Assembly (NCBI RefSeq): GCF_036321535.1
Contig: NC_087472.1
Coordinates: 102,178,001 to 102,242,000 of the forward strand
Length of the DNA: 64,000 bases
DNA from: Camelus dromedarius
Lineage: Eukaryota
Direction: 5' to 3'
This document shows, one piece after another, positions 26,439-40,129 of this stretch. Numbering within the stretch: position 1 is the first letter of the stretch; each line of letters starts with the position of its first letter. The position numbers and the translations under genes were made by a program. The notes under the pieces were generated by a model. That model saw nothing but the letters and a program-made list of their open reading frames with translations, was not told the DNA's origin and made no database searches.

Positions 26439-28479
26439 CTGAAACAGCAGGAGAGAAAGTCAGCATGGTACACAAAGATTCTACCCCAAAATCATGATTT
26501 CACACTCAAACTGATACAGTGTCTGCTCTTCAGGGAAGAATTAGCAAAGAAATTAAGAATTTAAACACATAGGGCCACCTAAGACAAACAAACCTTGGTG
26601 ACCCTGGGTACAATTTAAAGAAACAATCTAAAGACAGTCAACCAATTCATGATAAGGCAGGAAAACAATTACATCAGGTTAATATTAGAATAAATCATAA
26701 GAGTGATTGGTGAGACTAAAGTGGGATAGAAAATAATGAGAGTAGTTAGAAAAGTGCCACGTCATAAATGCTTATATTCTAAATCTATGGTAAGTTCTAT
26801 ATATACCCTCCTATTTAAAACTCACCATCCACCCCTCCAAAGAAGTAAGAAAACAAATATGCATTTTGAACATTAAGAATCAACATTATTGTTTATTTTC
26901 GAAAAATAAATGGCACTGTCTTCTTTCCCTTGTTGGAAAGAATGCAAGACCAAGTAGAGAAAAATACAGAAAGGAATAAATGTATTTTATATGTACTACT
27001 TTATTATTTGATAACCAAACTAAAAATAATTTTGCTACCTTTAAGAAAGCTTTTAAGCCACAAAAATGAATGAATTTTTTTTCCTTCCTTTTATTTCCAG
27101 AACACTTACTAACGACCTTGCCAACATGGTAAGAAATCAGTTACACATAACCAGGTACTACTCAGCTCTAACAGAAAGGAGAAATGAGCACCCAAGATGA
27201 AACCATTTCTGATCTCTGTGGGTTAACAGTTCAGGTTTTTGGAGTATATAAGTAAGTAAATGCTTTCTTTCTGTAGTTCCTTATAAATAAAATTAGGTAG
27301 AGAGAGCAGAGCAGCATGTTATGGCATGACCTTTAGCATAGTTTGATCTTTTTAAAATAAAGAAGGTATAACAACAGCACATCATGAACAGCAAACCACT
27401 CATGGACTCACAGCTGCTGTCTGTATTTCCTCCAAGGAACTGGAATACAACATTATAAAACATTAAAACACATTAAAACATCAAAATCATTGCCTGGCAA
27501 ACCATGAAATGGATTTTCCAACCCTGCTAATGGATTCGAAATACAAAAACTGTAAAAGAAACATACACAGAGAGCACATAGTCCAAATCTTAAAAATAAG
27601 TTTCAGCTGGTAGGCAGGAGCTGTCCTCGAAGAAGGATTTTTAAGATCATTCCATTTTGATGGAACATCAAACTAAACTCCTCCTGCTGGAAAGTTTGGA
27701 CCACAGGAAACTGTACATGGCTGGGACACTAGAGGACACCAGCTTTCCCTAGGAAGCTGATCCCACACGCCTCTGGCTCCCCTCAGAGGGAAGGAGCTTC
27801 TACTGCTCAGGACGGACATGTGTCGGGGGAGCCCACCTGGCCCATGGCCCCAGTCTCTCACCTACAAGGGCCTTCCTCCCCTAGGAGGAGACAGACACAC
27901 CTCAGCAGTAAGGCATGAACTCAGCTGCCTGGTGGGGCATTTCTGGAGAGACTTGATCTTGATGACAGATTTATCTCTTCCTATTCCCATGAGACGCCTG
28001 GGGTGGCCACACTTGCCTGAGACTAGAAAGGTGAGTGTCTAAAGCTATCTGGTCACAAATCTTAGACATGTGTTCCAGTCAGTTCTATCGGTACCAGAGC
28101 TGGTATTTGAGCCACCATCAGTCTGCCTCCTGTCTCATTCCTTAATTGGAACTGAACTCAGGAGGTAAAAAGGTAAGTGCTAACTCATTGCCTCTACTCT
28201 CCTACCTCCCAAATAAAACCCAAAACACACAACTCAGTACAAAATAAATAATTTTTAGCTCCCCTTACAAGAGGTCGTATAAGGAATGGAAGTACCACCT
28301 ATGAAATGAACCCTTTCACTCTGAGATTCACTGTCAAACTAGAACTGAGACCACAAACCTCAATGCAATGAATGATATCCAGAAGGTGACTTTCAAGAAT
28401 ACTTAAGAGCTTCAAAAGTAAAACGGGCACCAGATTCTAGAAACACAAAAGAAAATATGAGGGAACATTTGAGCAGCTA

Positions 28480-28650
28480 CAATGTGCCAGGAGCTGTGCG
28501 AGGAGCAGAGGTCTGTACACATTCCTCATCTCATCCACAGAGCAAGCCTTGGAGGCAGAGATTATTCCATTTCACAGACATGGGAAACTGAGGCTCAGAA
28601 AGGTGAAATGCCCATAGTCACACAGGACACAAATGAGAAATGTAGGCCAC
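28480..28650 (-). mobile_element. MIR SINE
   Basis: ccatttcacagacatgggaaactgaggctcagaaaggtgaa core; other MIRs near 10110-10240, 23990-24130, 25090-25230, 31660-31900, 35960-36160, 41450-41600 and 50030-50200. Confidence 0.7.
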
Positions 28651-30441
28651 CAAGTCTATCTTTAGGCCCAGGAGACTGAAATTATAGCCCATACTCTTAA
28701 GTTAGTAGATACCTAGAACTGATACATCAGAATAAGATGTATAAGAAAAAGGAGAACAGACACATTGATTTTAAGATAAGACATTAGATATCAGAATAAA
28801 CAGGTAAAAAGAGTTGAAAGCAGTTGCCTCTGGAGACTAGAAACAGGCTGAGAGGGAAGAAGAAAAGTTGTTTTTACTATAAGCATTTAAGTATTATTTA
28901 AATACATACATGTACTACTGTGATTTAAACATTATTTTTTAAATACAGATAGGAGTATCTGCCTCTGAGGGTTGTAGTAGAAGAAAACAATGCACGTAAG
29001 TCTCACCCAACAAGCAACAGCTATATAGCTAAGCCAGCAAATGAAACTAGCAGAAGCCCAAGAGAGAAGCTGAAGAGGGGCTCTGAATCACAGACTGGTC
29101 TGAAGATGCTCGGTCTGATTTAAAAGCTACACACACACCCCATTAGTCAGGAATCACTGCAGGATCTTGGACAGGGAAATGACCCCAGAAAAACATATTC
29201 CTAGAAAATTATCCTAGCTCCAAAACTCCTTTCTGAAAATGCACAACTTAAGAATAACTTGAGAATGCTTAGTACCAAAGCCACTAAGGTTTAATAGGCT
29301 TTAGATATGCTACTGTGTAGATCAAAGGAACAATGAAATACAGAAACAGGGAAGAGAATCTTGGGTTTGTCAGATGGGTTGGTGACATTGTGAAGACAAC
29401 AGAGGAGAGTTAAGAAACATGAAAAAAACATGGAATCTTTAAGAGAAACTGAGTTCTGAATATGTAGGGAGAAAGAAAATGAAAATACATGAGTTTCTCT
29501 TACTTCCTGACCTAGAGATAGATGACAGAAAAGGAAGCAGACAAGTGAAAAAAAAATCCTTTGGAAGGAAATCCATGGATGTTACAGAAACAGGAATGAC
29601 CAAGCTCTGAAGTGAACAGTATCAATTAGAAGCAAAAATCACAAGATGGACTGAAAGTGTATAAAACTCTCCCTCCCTTTGACTTAGACAGATGGAAAAG
29701 TCTAAATGGAAATACCTATAAACATTTTACTTCTGAATGACCTCGTTCCCAGCTACAGAGACCTAACAGGCTTCTAATTGATGGACAGAATCAGAAAACT
29801 CAACTCCTAGAGAAACAGAAGACTGTTTACTCAGACTCCTCTCTATGGGTATACTGTGCAAAGGAGAACCCTCTGGAAGAGTAGCTCACCAAGTTTAAGG
29901 ATCATTATAAACACTGAAGAGAGAAACCAACATACCAACTGCAGGCAAGGAGCACTAAATTCTCATGCACTGCCAATGGGAATATACAGCCACTTGGTAA
30001 AACTGTGGCAGTTTCTCATACACCTACCCTAAGGTGCAGCAATTCCACTCCTAGGTATCAGGAAAACAACAACATATGTCACAAAACGACTCACACACCA
30101 ATGTTCATAGCATCCTTATTCATAATAGTCAAAGACTGGAAATAACCTAAATGTCCATCAACAGGACAACAGGTCATCAAATCATGATACATTCATACAA
30201 TGGAACACTCCTGAGTAATAAAAAGGAACAAACTGCTTAGACACACAACATGGAGAATCTCAACCACTATGTTGAGGGAAAGACACATAAGAGTACAGTC
30301 GTTCAATATGATTCCATTTATCTGAAGTTCTAGAAGAGGCAAAACTAATCTAGAGTGATAAAAATCAGAACAGTGCTTGCATTGGAGGGACAGGGAGTGA
30401 CTGGAAAGGGGCATCTCAGAGGTGAGAGAAATATTGTATTC

Positions 30442-31088
30442 CTTTTTTAATGAGTATTTTAATTTTTTATTGACATATTTATCTATAATATTATATTAGT
30501 TTCAGCACAGTGATTCAATACTTATATAGATTATACCCCATTTAAAGTTATTATAAAATAATGGCTATATTCCCTGCGCCGCACGGTATATCCCTATAGC
30601 TTATTTATTTCATACATTGTAGTTTGTACCTCTTAATCCCTGACCACTATCTTGCCCCTCCCCACTGGTAACCACTAGTTTGTTCTCTAATCTGTGAGTC
30701 AGTTTCTGTTTTGTTACATTCATTCGTCTGTTTTATTTTTTAGATTCTACATACAAGCGATAACACAGCATTTGTCTTTCTCTTTCTGACTTACTTTACT
30801 AAGCATAATGCCCTCCAAGTCCATCCATGTTGCAAATAACAGAATTTCATAATATTTCATTGCATATGTATGTATGTGTATGTGTGTATACATACACACA
30901 TACACAAATACACACACACACATCTTATTTATCCAGTCATCTGTTGATGGACACTTAGGTTGCTTCCATACCTTGGCAACTGTAAATAATGCTGCTATGA
31001 ACACTGGGCTGCATATATTTTTTTCAAATTAGGGTTTTCATTTTCTTCGGATATATACTCAGGAGTAGAATTGCTAGACCATATGGTA
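30442..31088 (-). mobile_element. 5'-truncated L1 nested in an older L1M (about 29930-31200, + strand)
   Basis: ORF 30747-31004 resembles the L1 ORF2 C-terminus ([20 protein letters not shown]); imperfect TSD gaga(a)atatt(g/t)tattc near 30426 and 31090. Confidence 0.85.
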
Positions 31089-32793
31089 GGAGAATATTTT
31101 ATTCTTGATCAAAGAAGTAGATGCATGGGTATATTCATCTCAAACTGAAGATTTTAAATGTGTGCATTTTATCATATATAAATTTTACCTCATTTTAAAA
31201 TAAAAGGCTAAGAAAGAATGAGAGCACGGACAACACTGCCAAAGACTGCTGAAAGTCAAGAAAGACGGAGAGAAGCAGGTTGTTTCCTTACCACTGGGGG
31301 GAATGAAAGCCCAATTTGAATGGAATGAGGAGAAAGTGGAGAGAGTTGGTACAGACAGGTTTTTTAAGGAATATTAAAAAAGACATGGTAGAACCTGGTG
31401 ATAGGCTGACTCAGTACAATAAAAAAATGACTCACTTGTGAATTAAAAACAAAAAAAACGCACCATGTTAGGCATACAACTCCAACTTTCAAGCCCAAGT
31501 GAAATTAGGGGGAAAAACCCATTTCTAAAAATAGGGAAATCCAGCAGGAGAGACTATAAGAGGAAAATGAAGAATTCTCAACCCTGTTGCATTTCAGACA
31601 CCAATGGGACACTCAAATTTCAGGGGAGTGATTTTTTGTTACTAATCTCTAACAGCATTATTTTGGATTTGCATCAGACTTAGTTTCCAATCACATTTCA
31701 GATTTCAGATACTGATTTCCAATCAGTATCAACACAGATACTCCTCGCTTATCCTCACAACACCCCTATAGGGTACTATTATTCCATTTAAAAAAGAGGA
31801 GAGGAAATCATGGTTCAGAGCAGTCAGCGGCTCACCCAGGGTCACACAGCTAGTCACATAAAGCCTCACCCCCCTGATTGCAATCAAAAGATTTTTCCAT
31901 TATGCCACATCTGCTTCTCTCTGCAAGATTACAGCCTCTCTTTAGTCCAGCCTAGCACACATTTTTATATCTGTGTCCCTCCAAAAGTCACCACTATTTT
32001 CAACCCAGCAAAAACCTGCAGTAACCGGGTCGTTTTCAGTTACAGCTCCCAAAATAAAAAAGGGGGTTACGGATATCCAATTTCAGAATACCTTTCATTG
32101 GTCATATTTTAAACTAGGAGCCCGAGCCCCAGGAGGACAAAGACACTGCGGTGAATTTATGGAGCTTTGAGCACTGCAGCCAAGGAAGCCAACTCTGCAA
32201 GTCATCCTCAGAACCAACTAACGTATCTTACCACTAACACGGCCAGCACAGCATAACTGTGAGGGAGCAGGCAACCCCACAACTGGGCACAGCGCAAACC
32301 TCAGCACAGTGCCTCCCCTGGCAGTTCCCTTATTCTTATTCCCAAACACAAAGGCTAAATATTTTCATTTATGTGATCAGTCTTTAAAGGTTGAATCAAT
32401 TCTTCTGCAGTTATATTTTCAAGTACTTTCATAAAAGCAGTTATTATATAAATATGTTTGGTATGTTTGCAGAAAGGAGTAACAATTCCAAAACAACACA
32501 AATCCTTCATATGCTATGTTCCTGTGTACACAAATCTGTATATGAAGGATTAAATCATCTAAATAGTTATCTACAAGTTTAAAGATGAGCTAGTTTGTAG
32601 GACAGCAAACAAAGCATTACTAACATAGGTTTCATTTTGTATTTTTTTAACCTTGCTTCAGAGTGTAAAATCAAATTGAGCCAGCTTTCCAAGGACAGAG
32701 GTAATTAAGTCAGGAGACTCAGCAGCTGGTGGCGATGCTGCCTGACAGACTAAGGAGTCTCTAAGACACTGCCTGGGACAGCTGGCCTCTTAC

Positions 32794-32920
32794 CTGGATG
32801 CATCTGTTCCGTGCTGCTCCGCAGTTTGCTGTAGCCATGGCTCAAGGGCACCCTCTGGTAATGAGGCGGGGAAGAAGGAGGGGATGCGAGGGGTGACATC
32901 GCGGGAGACTGCGTTTCCTG
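32794..32920 (-). CDS. REPS2: REPS2 exon 4 (Ser/Pro-rich linker); tandem acceptor allows a start at 32920 or 32917
   Basis: Acceptor tttgaag|CAG|GAA, donor CCAG|gtaaga; QETQSPAMSPLASPPSSPPHYQRVPLSHGYSKLRSSTEQMHP. Confidence 0.95.
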
Positions 32921-33919
32921 CTTCAAAGAATCAGGGCAGAGTTCAGAGGCAATCACTCGAGGAGCCTGGTGAGCTGAGCTGCAGTTATGAAGTATAATGC
33001 AACTCTACTGCTGATAAGCCGGCTGGTTTAACAAATGGAGGCGATGTTTTCTCAAAAATGCAGCTTGGTTAAAAAGCAGCATCTGAGGATTCAGAAGTCT
33101 CCCAGAGAATAGTTTCACCAGAGCTCAGTTACCTAAATTACTAAAACAAGTCTAAAACACTTTCAGATACTCCAATAATATTTTCCTTTGGAAAATGAAA
33201 GACTCGTTACATGAAATAACATTCATATTCTCCCATTTTGATCTCTTTGTGAATAGATTCAATTTGTATTCACTAATAAAGGCTCCTATTTCCTGGATTT
33301 ACACTTACCAAGTCTTCCAACAAATGTGATTATTTTTAAAATATTCTATGCTTAATGCTAAATACTCTTGGAGCTTACTAGCCAAAGTAAAATGCAAAAC
33401 AATTCATTATGGGTAAACTACTCCAACTAGCCTGCTCCTGAACACTGGGATGGAGACTTAAACTAAATTCAAATCCCAACTCGAAGTGTGAACTTCACAT
33501 AGGACCCCAGGCAAGATAAGCAACCTTACTCTGCTATTGGGTTTCCTCTTTTTTTTTTTCCCAATGCTACCAATAGTGATTACTTTGGAATACCCAAGTA
33601 ACAATGAAACAACAGAGACTATCTGGGTCTTAGTTCCCCCCCCCCCAAAAAAAACTGCAATCTGAAACACTAATCAAGTACTCTTTTTCAAGAAAAAGAA
33701 AAAGAGTATTTGCTTTGAAGTGTGAGCTCACACCCACAGACTGGGTGGGCCTCACATAAACCCAGACTGAAGTGAAAGGATGTGTCCTCAATCACGCAGC
33801 CAGGGGGGTGAGCCTAGAAAGTTCCCAGGGCATTAACCATCCTGGAATAGTGAACCCTCATTCCTCTCCAAGTCCTGGTGGGAAAACATGCCAAAGAGTA
33901 TTGACTGGAGACTCCTATA

Positions 33920-34375
33920 CAGACATATTCATTTTATTGCACTTGGCAGATGTTACTTTTAAAACAAAAAACAAATTGAAGGTTTATGGCAACCCTGCAT
34001 CAAGCAAGCCTATCGGTACCATCTTTCTGACAGCATTTGCTCACTTTGTGTCTTTGTCACATTTTGGTAATTCTCACAATATTTCAAACTTTTTCATTAT
34101 TATTATATTTTAGGGTGATTTGTAATCAGCAATCTTTGATGTTACTGCTAAATGCTGAAGGCCCAGATAATAGCATTTTTTAGCAATACAGTATTTTTTT
34201 AATTAAGGTATATATATTGGTTATTTTAGCCAAACTGCTAGCACACACTTAGGACACTATAGTATGATATAAACATTAACTTTTGCATGCGCTAGGAAAC
34301 CAAAAAGGTCATGTGACTCGCTTTGCTGTGGTGGTCTGGAACCAAACCCACTCTATCGCCAAGGTATGCTGCCTG
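33920..34375 (+). mobile_element. Tigger1-derived internally deleted DNA transposon
   Basis: Starts TA|CAGACATA...ttttattgcactt...aaattgaaggtttatggcaaccctgcatcaagcaag; ends ggtctggaaccaaaccc...aaggtatgctgcctg. Confidence 0.85.
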
Positions 34376-35458
34376 TCCTCCTATTATATATATATATATA
34401 TCCCTGAAGAACTAGTTTAAAACATATCTGAATTATGAAAGCAACAGTACATGGAGTTATGTCACAGGACATGCTACATCTCATTTAAGTATGAAACTTC
34501 TGCAGCAATACCTCAAGTTTCCAGCATTATCAGGATGAGTCATATAAATCAGTTTTCTGACTTAATCCTTTACAGTCATTGCACTGAAAAAAATTTTGAT
34601 TTGTCTTCCTAAAACATAACAAATTTCCTTGCCTTGTAGATGATACGTAATGAATATACTTTGACTTTTCTGCACGATCTAGTATCTTCATTCGAAGTAT
34701 AAGCTGTCCCTTGATGCCCTCAGGGTTTACTCATGTGTAAGACTATTTACCTCTTCATGATAGGCTCACTCTTCTGGAATTTTACACTTTTGTCTCTACC
34801 GAATCACCACCTGACTACTGCAATTAGTGGTCTAATTTTAAAAGCCCACCCTCCCTATTCTTGTTCCTAACCTGCTACTCAGGTGATAGCACAAGACCAC
34901 ATTCCAAACATGCTCCCCAAGAAAGGATTCCCTGGTGAAAGAAGTCTAGTAAATGCAGATCTCCAGGAGGTCTCTTTACTGCAGGACTTCTCAGGGCCTT
35001 TAATGTGCTAATGTACACTGTGAATCTCTAAGAATGAGTATTTAGCCTTTCCCCCAAGAAGAGGATATGAAGCAGCATTCTCCAAATACATTTCACCAGA
35101 GAAATCTTTTCTCTAGATTTTCTGGAGGCAAGGACCTATTAAAAACTCCTAGAGGTTACATTTCAAAGAACCCATCTGGAAATGCTGATTAGAGAAATCA
35201 AGTGAGTGTGTTAAATCAGTAGCCTTACTGTAGACACAATTCCACATTAAGACAGGCTCTAAATGGTCCATGGGTGGCTCATGGTAATTTCTATGCATCA
35301 GCTTCTTCTTGCTGCAAGGAAACTTTACTGGCTCATTTCCAAGTCTGTAACTATCCCAGATGGTGAGATTCACTGGAAGCTTGCCGGCAGATATGAGACA
35401 CTGCCACATGAGGTTTCAGGGTCAGAATCAAACGGACATGCCTGATCAGACGGATTAC

Positions 35459-35607
35459 CTGTTTCTCCTCATCGTCCATTCTTTTGAAGGTACTTTTTTC
35501 TGTGATTAAATATGGAATCTGAACCTTAGTTCCATGCAGCTCAGCTGGGTTCCCAAATCGTATCTCAGCATCAGTCTTCGACATCATAAAGCGAGGCAGC
35601 GGCAACT
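35459..35607 (-). CDS. REPS2: REPS2 exon 3
   Basis: Acceptor cctaaag|AG, donor CAG|gtaatc; 149 bp; (E)LPLPRFMMSKTDAEIRFGNPAELHGTKVQIPYLITEKSTFKRMDDEEKQ; phase fits exon 2. Confidence 0.95.
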
Positions 35608-37620
35608 CTTTAGGACCAGAATTAGAGAAGCTCAAGTGAGACTTATTTTAAAACTGCCAAAAGAGGAACTCCATGGCCAAAAGATGAATCACTTTTGAGG
35701 AAAAATTCCAGAGCACTAAATATAGATTAAATTTTATTTCAACACAATGAGGACTCCTATAATAATGTCATGATAGAAAAATGCTACAGTTTAACAAGGT
35801 ATTTCGGCTCAACATTTTTAAATACTGTCGAATCACTGCAGAATAAATTCAGGTTTTAGACTGACCTCCCACTTCAGCCTTTAGTCCAGCAGCAAGAAAA
35901 TGGATGTGGCATTTTATAAATCAATATTAAGTGATAAATGATAGCAGACAAAACTTATTTAGTGCTTATTATATGCCAGACACTGTATTAAGATCTGCAA
36001 ATATTAACTCATTTAATTCTCACAACAACTCGATATGGTAAGATTATCATTAGCCCTCTTTTATGGATATGGAAACAGATAAGAAGGAGCTAAGTGACAT
36101 CCGCAAGATGACACAGCTCATCTGTGGCAGAGCTGGCCCTTAACCAGCTCCAAAGCCTCTGCACTGCCCTACAGAAAGGTCTGTTCCTCATCCCTAGGGC
36201 AAACTTACTGCATAGAACAGCTTCTCACTCTATGTTACTGCTTAAGGAATTTTCACACTCAATCTCCAGCTGTCTTTTTATAATAGAGTAAGGAAAATGG
36301 TATCAAGTTAGAGCAATCAGTCCAAGGTTCCGTCACATTCTACTGTCAAAACCATTAGCCACACTCACAATGCCACAAAGAGCTGAAACACAACAGTCTG
36401 GTATATTAACTTATCCTTCAAATTTCTGACAAAACTATTCTGAAAACAGAAATACTTTGGCAAACTCCTAGTTCTCAGCACAGCAAATCACACAGAGTCA
36501 CACAGCACAAAGAACTCCAAAAATGGGTATAATATGGATTATGCATAATGATTGGCATCTGTATCCACTGTTGAGGATAATACTCATCAGTGTGTCTCTG
36601 CCGTCTCTCAGCTCTCTATTCCAAAAACACAGCTGCACTTCCAATGATTGATGCTGTGCTAAAGCCAGAAAACATCTTAGCAACAGCAAGTATCCTAGCT
36701 CCCCAGGCAAAGAAGGCCCCTGCTTCCCTAATACCCACGTCATGTTTATTTTTAGTTGCTATGTCCACATTTGATTCAAAGAAGTAGGCAATATGACAAA
36801 TCCCTGCATGATCAATCAGTCAAGGGCCCAAGAGACATAAATAGAATAACCAATCTGGAAAATTAAACCAAGACTTTCCTCTAAAGAGACGATGGCCGCC
36901 ATTTTTAATGTTTTAATATTTCCTAATTTCGGCAGCTCTCCAGCACTCAAGGCAGGAACGGACTTCAAAAGAAAAAAGGCAACAGAAAAGAAAATATAAA
37001 TTCTTAGCAAACCAAATATAAGCTAATCCCTATGGTTCTCACCTCAGAAAGGTATTTGTTTCAGTTCAGTCTACAGAAAAGACCTAAAAAGGTGGAACAA
37101 GATCAGATAGAATGATCTACACCCTGATCTGCCCACAAGAGGATGACACGACTTCCAAACACCAGTGGAGGGAGAAAAGAAGTAAATGCTCAGCATTTGT
37201 AAGCTTCCTCGCCAGCGTTTTACTGGTGTTCCACAGATAACTCCGGGAACAATGGACCACAAACACAGCTGATGAACATCAGCTATGACACCAGGGCTCC
37301 CAGATATCCTTTAGGACAGCGTCACTTCACACATTCTCCTTCCTTGGCTATGGAATTTCTCCAGACTGTTCACCCGGGAAAGACAAAACACAGCTGCATT
37401 TCCCTCGTACTTTCTTTGCTTATGTGGTTTTAAACAATTCTCTCTCTGATATTCCTATTATTGAAAACTTTAATGAAGGTGCTATTTTCCTTAAGCTGCT
37501 ACAAGCTTTTATAAAGTGAAAAGTAAAACTCAGGTTTGTAAATTTTCAGTCTAAATGTTTTTTCCTAGTCCTGTGTACACCAAATTTAATAGTGAAACTG
37601 TATTATAGAATTAATCAATA

Positions 37621-38427
37621 TACATGCTGGAGAGGGTGTGGGGAAAGAGGACCCCTTCTATACTGCTGGTAGGAATGTAAACTGGTGCAGCCACTATGGA
37701 GGACAGTATGGAAACTCCTTAAAAAACTAAAAATAAATTTATACAATCCAGCAGTTCCAATCCTAGGCATATATCCAGAGAAAATTCTAATTTGAAAAGA
37801 TACTTGCACCCCAATGTTCATGGTGGCACTATTTACAATAGCTAAGACATGGAAGCAACCTAAATGTCCATCAACAAGTAGAATAGAGATGTGGTGTGTG
37901 TGTATATTTGTGTGTGTATATATGTGTATACACACACACACACACATACATACACACAATGAAATATTACTCAGCCATAAAAAAGAATGAAATAATGCCA
38001 TCTGCAGCAAAATGGATGGACCTAGAGATTATCATACTAAGTGAAGTAAGTTAAACAAAGATAAATATCATGATATCATTTATATGTGGACTCTAAAAAA
38101 AATGATACAAATGAACTTACAAAACAGAAACAGACTCACAGACATAGAAAACAAACTTATGGCTACCAAAGGAGAAAGAGGGGAGGGATAAATTAGGAGT
38201 TTGGGATTAGTAGATACAAACTAATATATAGAAAACTGATAAACAAAAAGGCCCTACTGTATAGCACAGGGAACTATACTCAATAGCTTGTAATAACCTA
38301 TAATGAAAAACAATATGAAAAAAAAAATATATATATACACATATGTAGAACTGAATCACTATGCTGTACACCAGAAACTAACACAACATTGTAAATCAAT
38401 CATACTTCAACTTAAAAAAGAAAAGAA
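37621..38427 (+). mobile_element. Young 5'-truncated L1 (about 0.8 kb)
   Basis: ORF2 C-terminal DNA, 3' UTR and A tail; TSD aattaatcaata at 37609-37620 and 38428-38439. Confidence 0.92.
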
Positions 38428-38999
38428 AATTAATCAATAAAGTAAGTACCTGCTATCTAGCCAGTGATTTATTTCAAGTAATCACAGGAGATCTATTTGT
38501 AATAGTTAGTTAGAATCTTTTCTCCCAAATTGAATTAAATTAACACACAGGAAACAAATTAAATATTTATAGGGGCCAAGGACGGCATAAGCACAGCCAC
38601 CAAAGACAATCATTTCATAATGGTATTAGATTGCATTCTTTGAACTCAGAAATGCTTTGTATATTAAATCGAAATGACCATTTTTCCCTTTGATGAAGAA
38701 AACTATGCTCTCCTTTTTTAAATATGTGACCCTCTAAAAAGTAAGGGGAGAATCCTTTGTTTTGCCATGTTTGATGGAGTCATGAATATAAGAAATACTT
38801 GAATTACCTCAAACCATTAGAAAAAAACATAAGCAGCATAAATGCAGTAACAAATGGCAAATTACAACACAGCAAGGTGGGATTAGGCAAAGAGCCCATT
38901 TCCCATCTCAAACGGCAGCTGTTATTCACTGTCCTCCAATGCTGTCCACTAGAACTATAACGTCAGCCACACATTACATTACCAAAAAAATTTTTTAAG

Positions 39000-39270
39000 T
39001 AAAGAAGCCAGTGACAAAAAGATAAATACTGTATGATTTCACTTACGTGAGGGATCAAGAGTAAAACTCAGAGAAGGTAGAATGGTGGGTAACAGGGGCT
39101 GGGAGGAGGGGGAATGAGGAGCTGCTGAATGGGGACGGAGTTTCCATTTTGCAAGGTGGGGAGACTGGTTGCACAACAATGTGAATATACTTAACACTAC
39201 TGAACTGTACACTTAAAAATGCTTAAGATGGTAAATTTTATGCTGTGTGTATCTTATCACAATTAAAAAT
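39000..39270 (+). mobile_element. L1MA/MB-type 3' end inside a MER3/MER33-like hAT relic (about 38940-39495)
   Basis: gcacaacaatgtgaatatacttaacactactgaactgtacacttaaaaatg...gtaaattttatg. Confidence 0.75.
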
Positions 39271-40129
39271 TGTTTTAATTTTTGTTAAAAGATACAGGTG
39301 AAATTAATTTAATAAATTTTAATCCAACACTTATCATTACAACATGTAAGTAACATAAAAAATTATTAATGAAATAGTTTATATTCTTTTTTCAGACTAA
39401 TCCTGCACCCCAGGTCTCAATTCAGACACACCACTTTTCAAGCACTCAGTAGCCAGAGTCTGGCTATGGGCTATCCCAGTGGAACAGCACAGCTTTGGCT
39501 GATAGTCAGCATGAAGGAATGTGGACCATTATGGCCAGAAATCTGTATTTTATAGATTTAAATATTATAAAGTAAAATGCCGACAACTAACTGATTTCTT
39601 TTTAAATTATGTAAGGAGTATTTTGTGAAGGGATGATTTATATAGATCTTAACTGTACCATTTAAAGAGCTTTGACAAATGTATATATAAGCAGATAACC
39701 AACAGCCAAATTACAATACATTTCCATTATAGAGAATTTGCCTTCATATCCCATTCTAGTTAATCCCTCTCCTTGTCCCACGTGGCAACCTGTTCTAATT
39801 TCTAAATCCACAGATTGCCTTTGCCATTACAGAACTTCATAAAATGGAATCACACAGTATTTATCTTTGTGACTAGTTTCTTTCCCAACATTTTGTCTGT
39901 GATAATCATTCAGTACACTGTATAATCATTTAAAGACAGTTCATTTTTTTTCATTGCTATGCAGTAATCTATTTTTATGAATATATTGAAATTCTTTTAA
40001 TCCATTTTTCTATGATGAACACTGGGTTATTTCCAGTTTGGGGCCATTATGAATATAGCTGCTGTGAACATTCTTATAAATTTTTTTTGATAGACATGAA
40101 TTCATTTATCTTGGGGATATACCTATGAA

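Noticed and set aside
27448..27492. Short ACATTAAA-like reiterations; similar small tandem duplications at 45845-45869, 52240-52258 and 52776-52813
   Set aside because: Ordinary slippage duplications with no regular repeat-spacer structure; not CRISPR-like.
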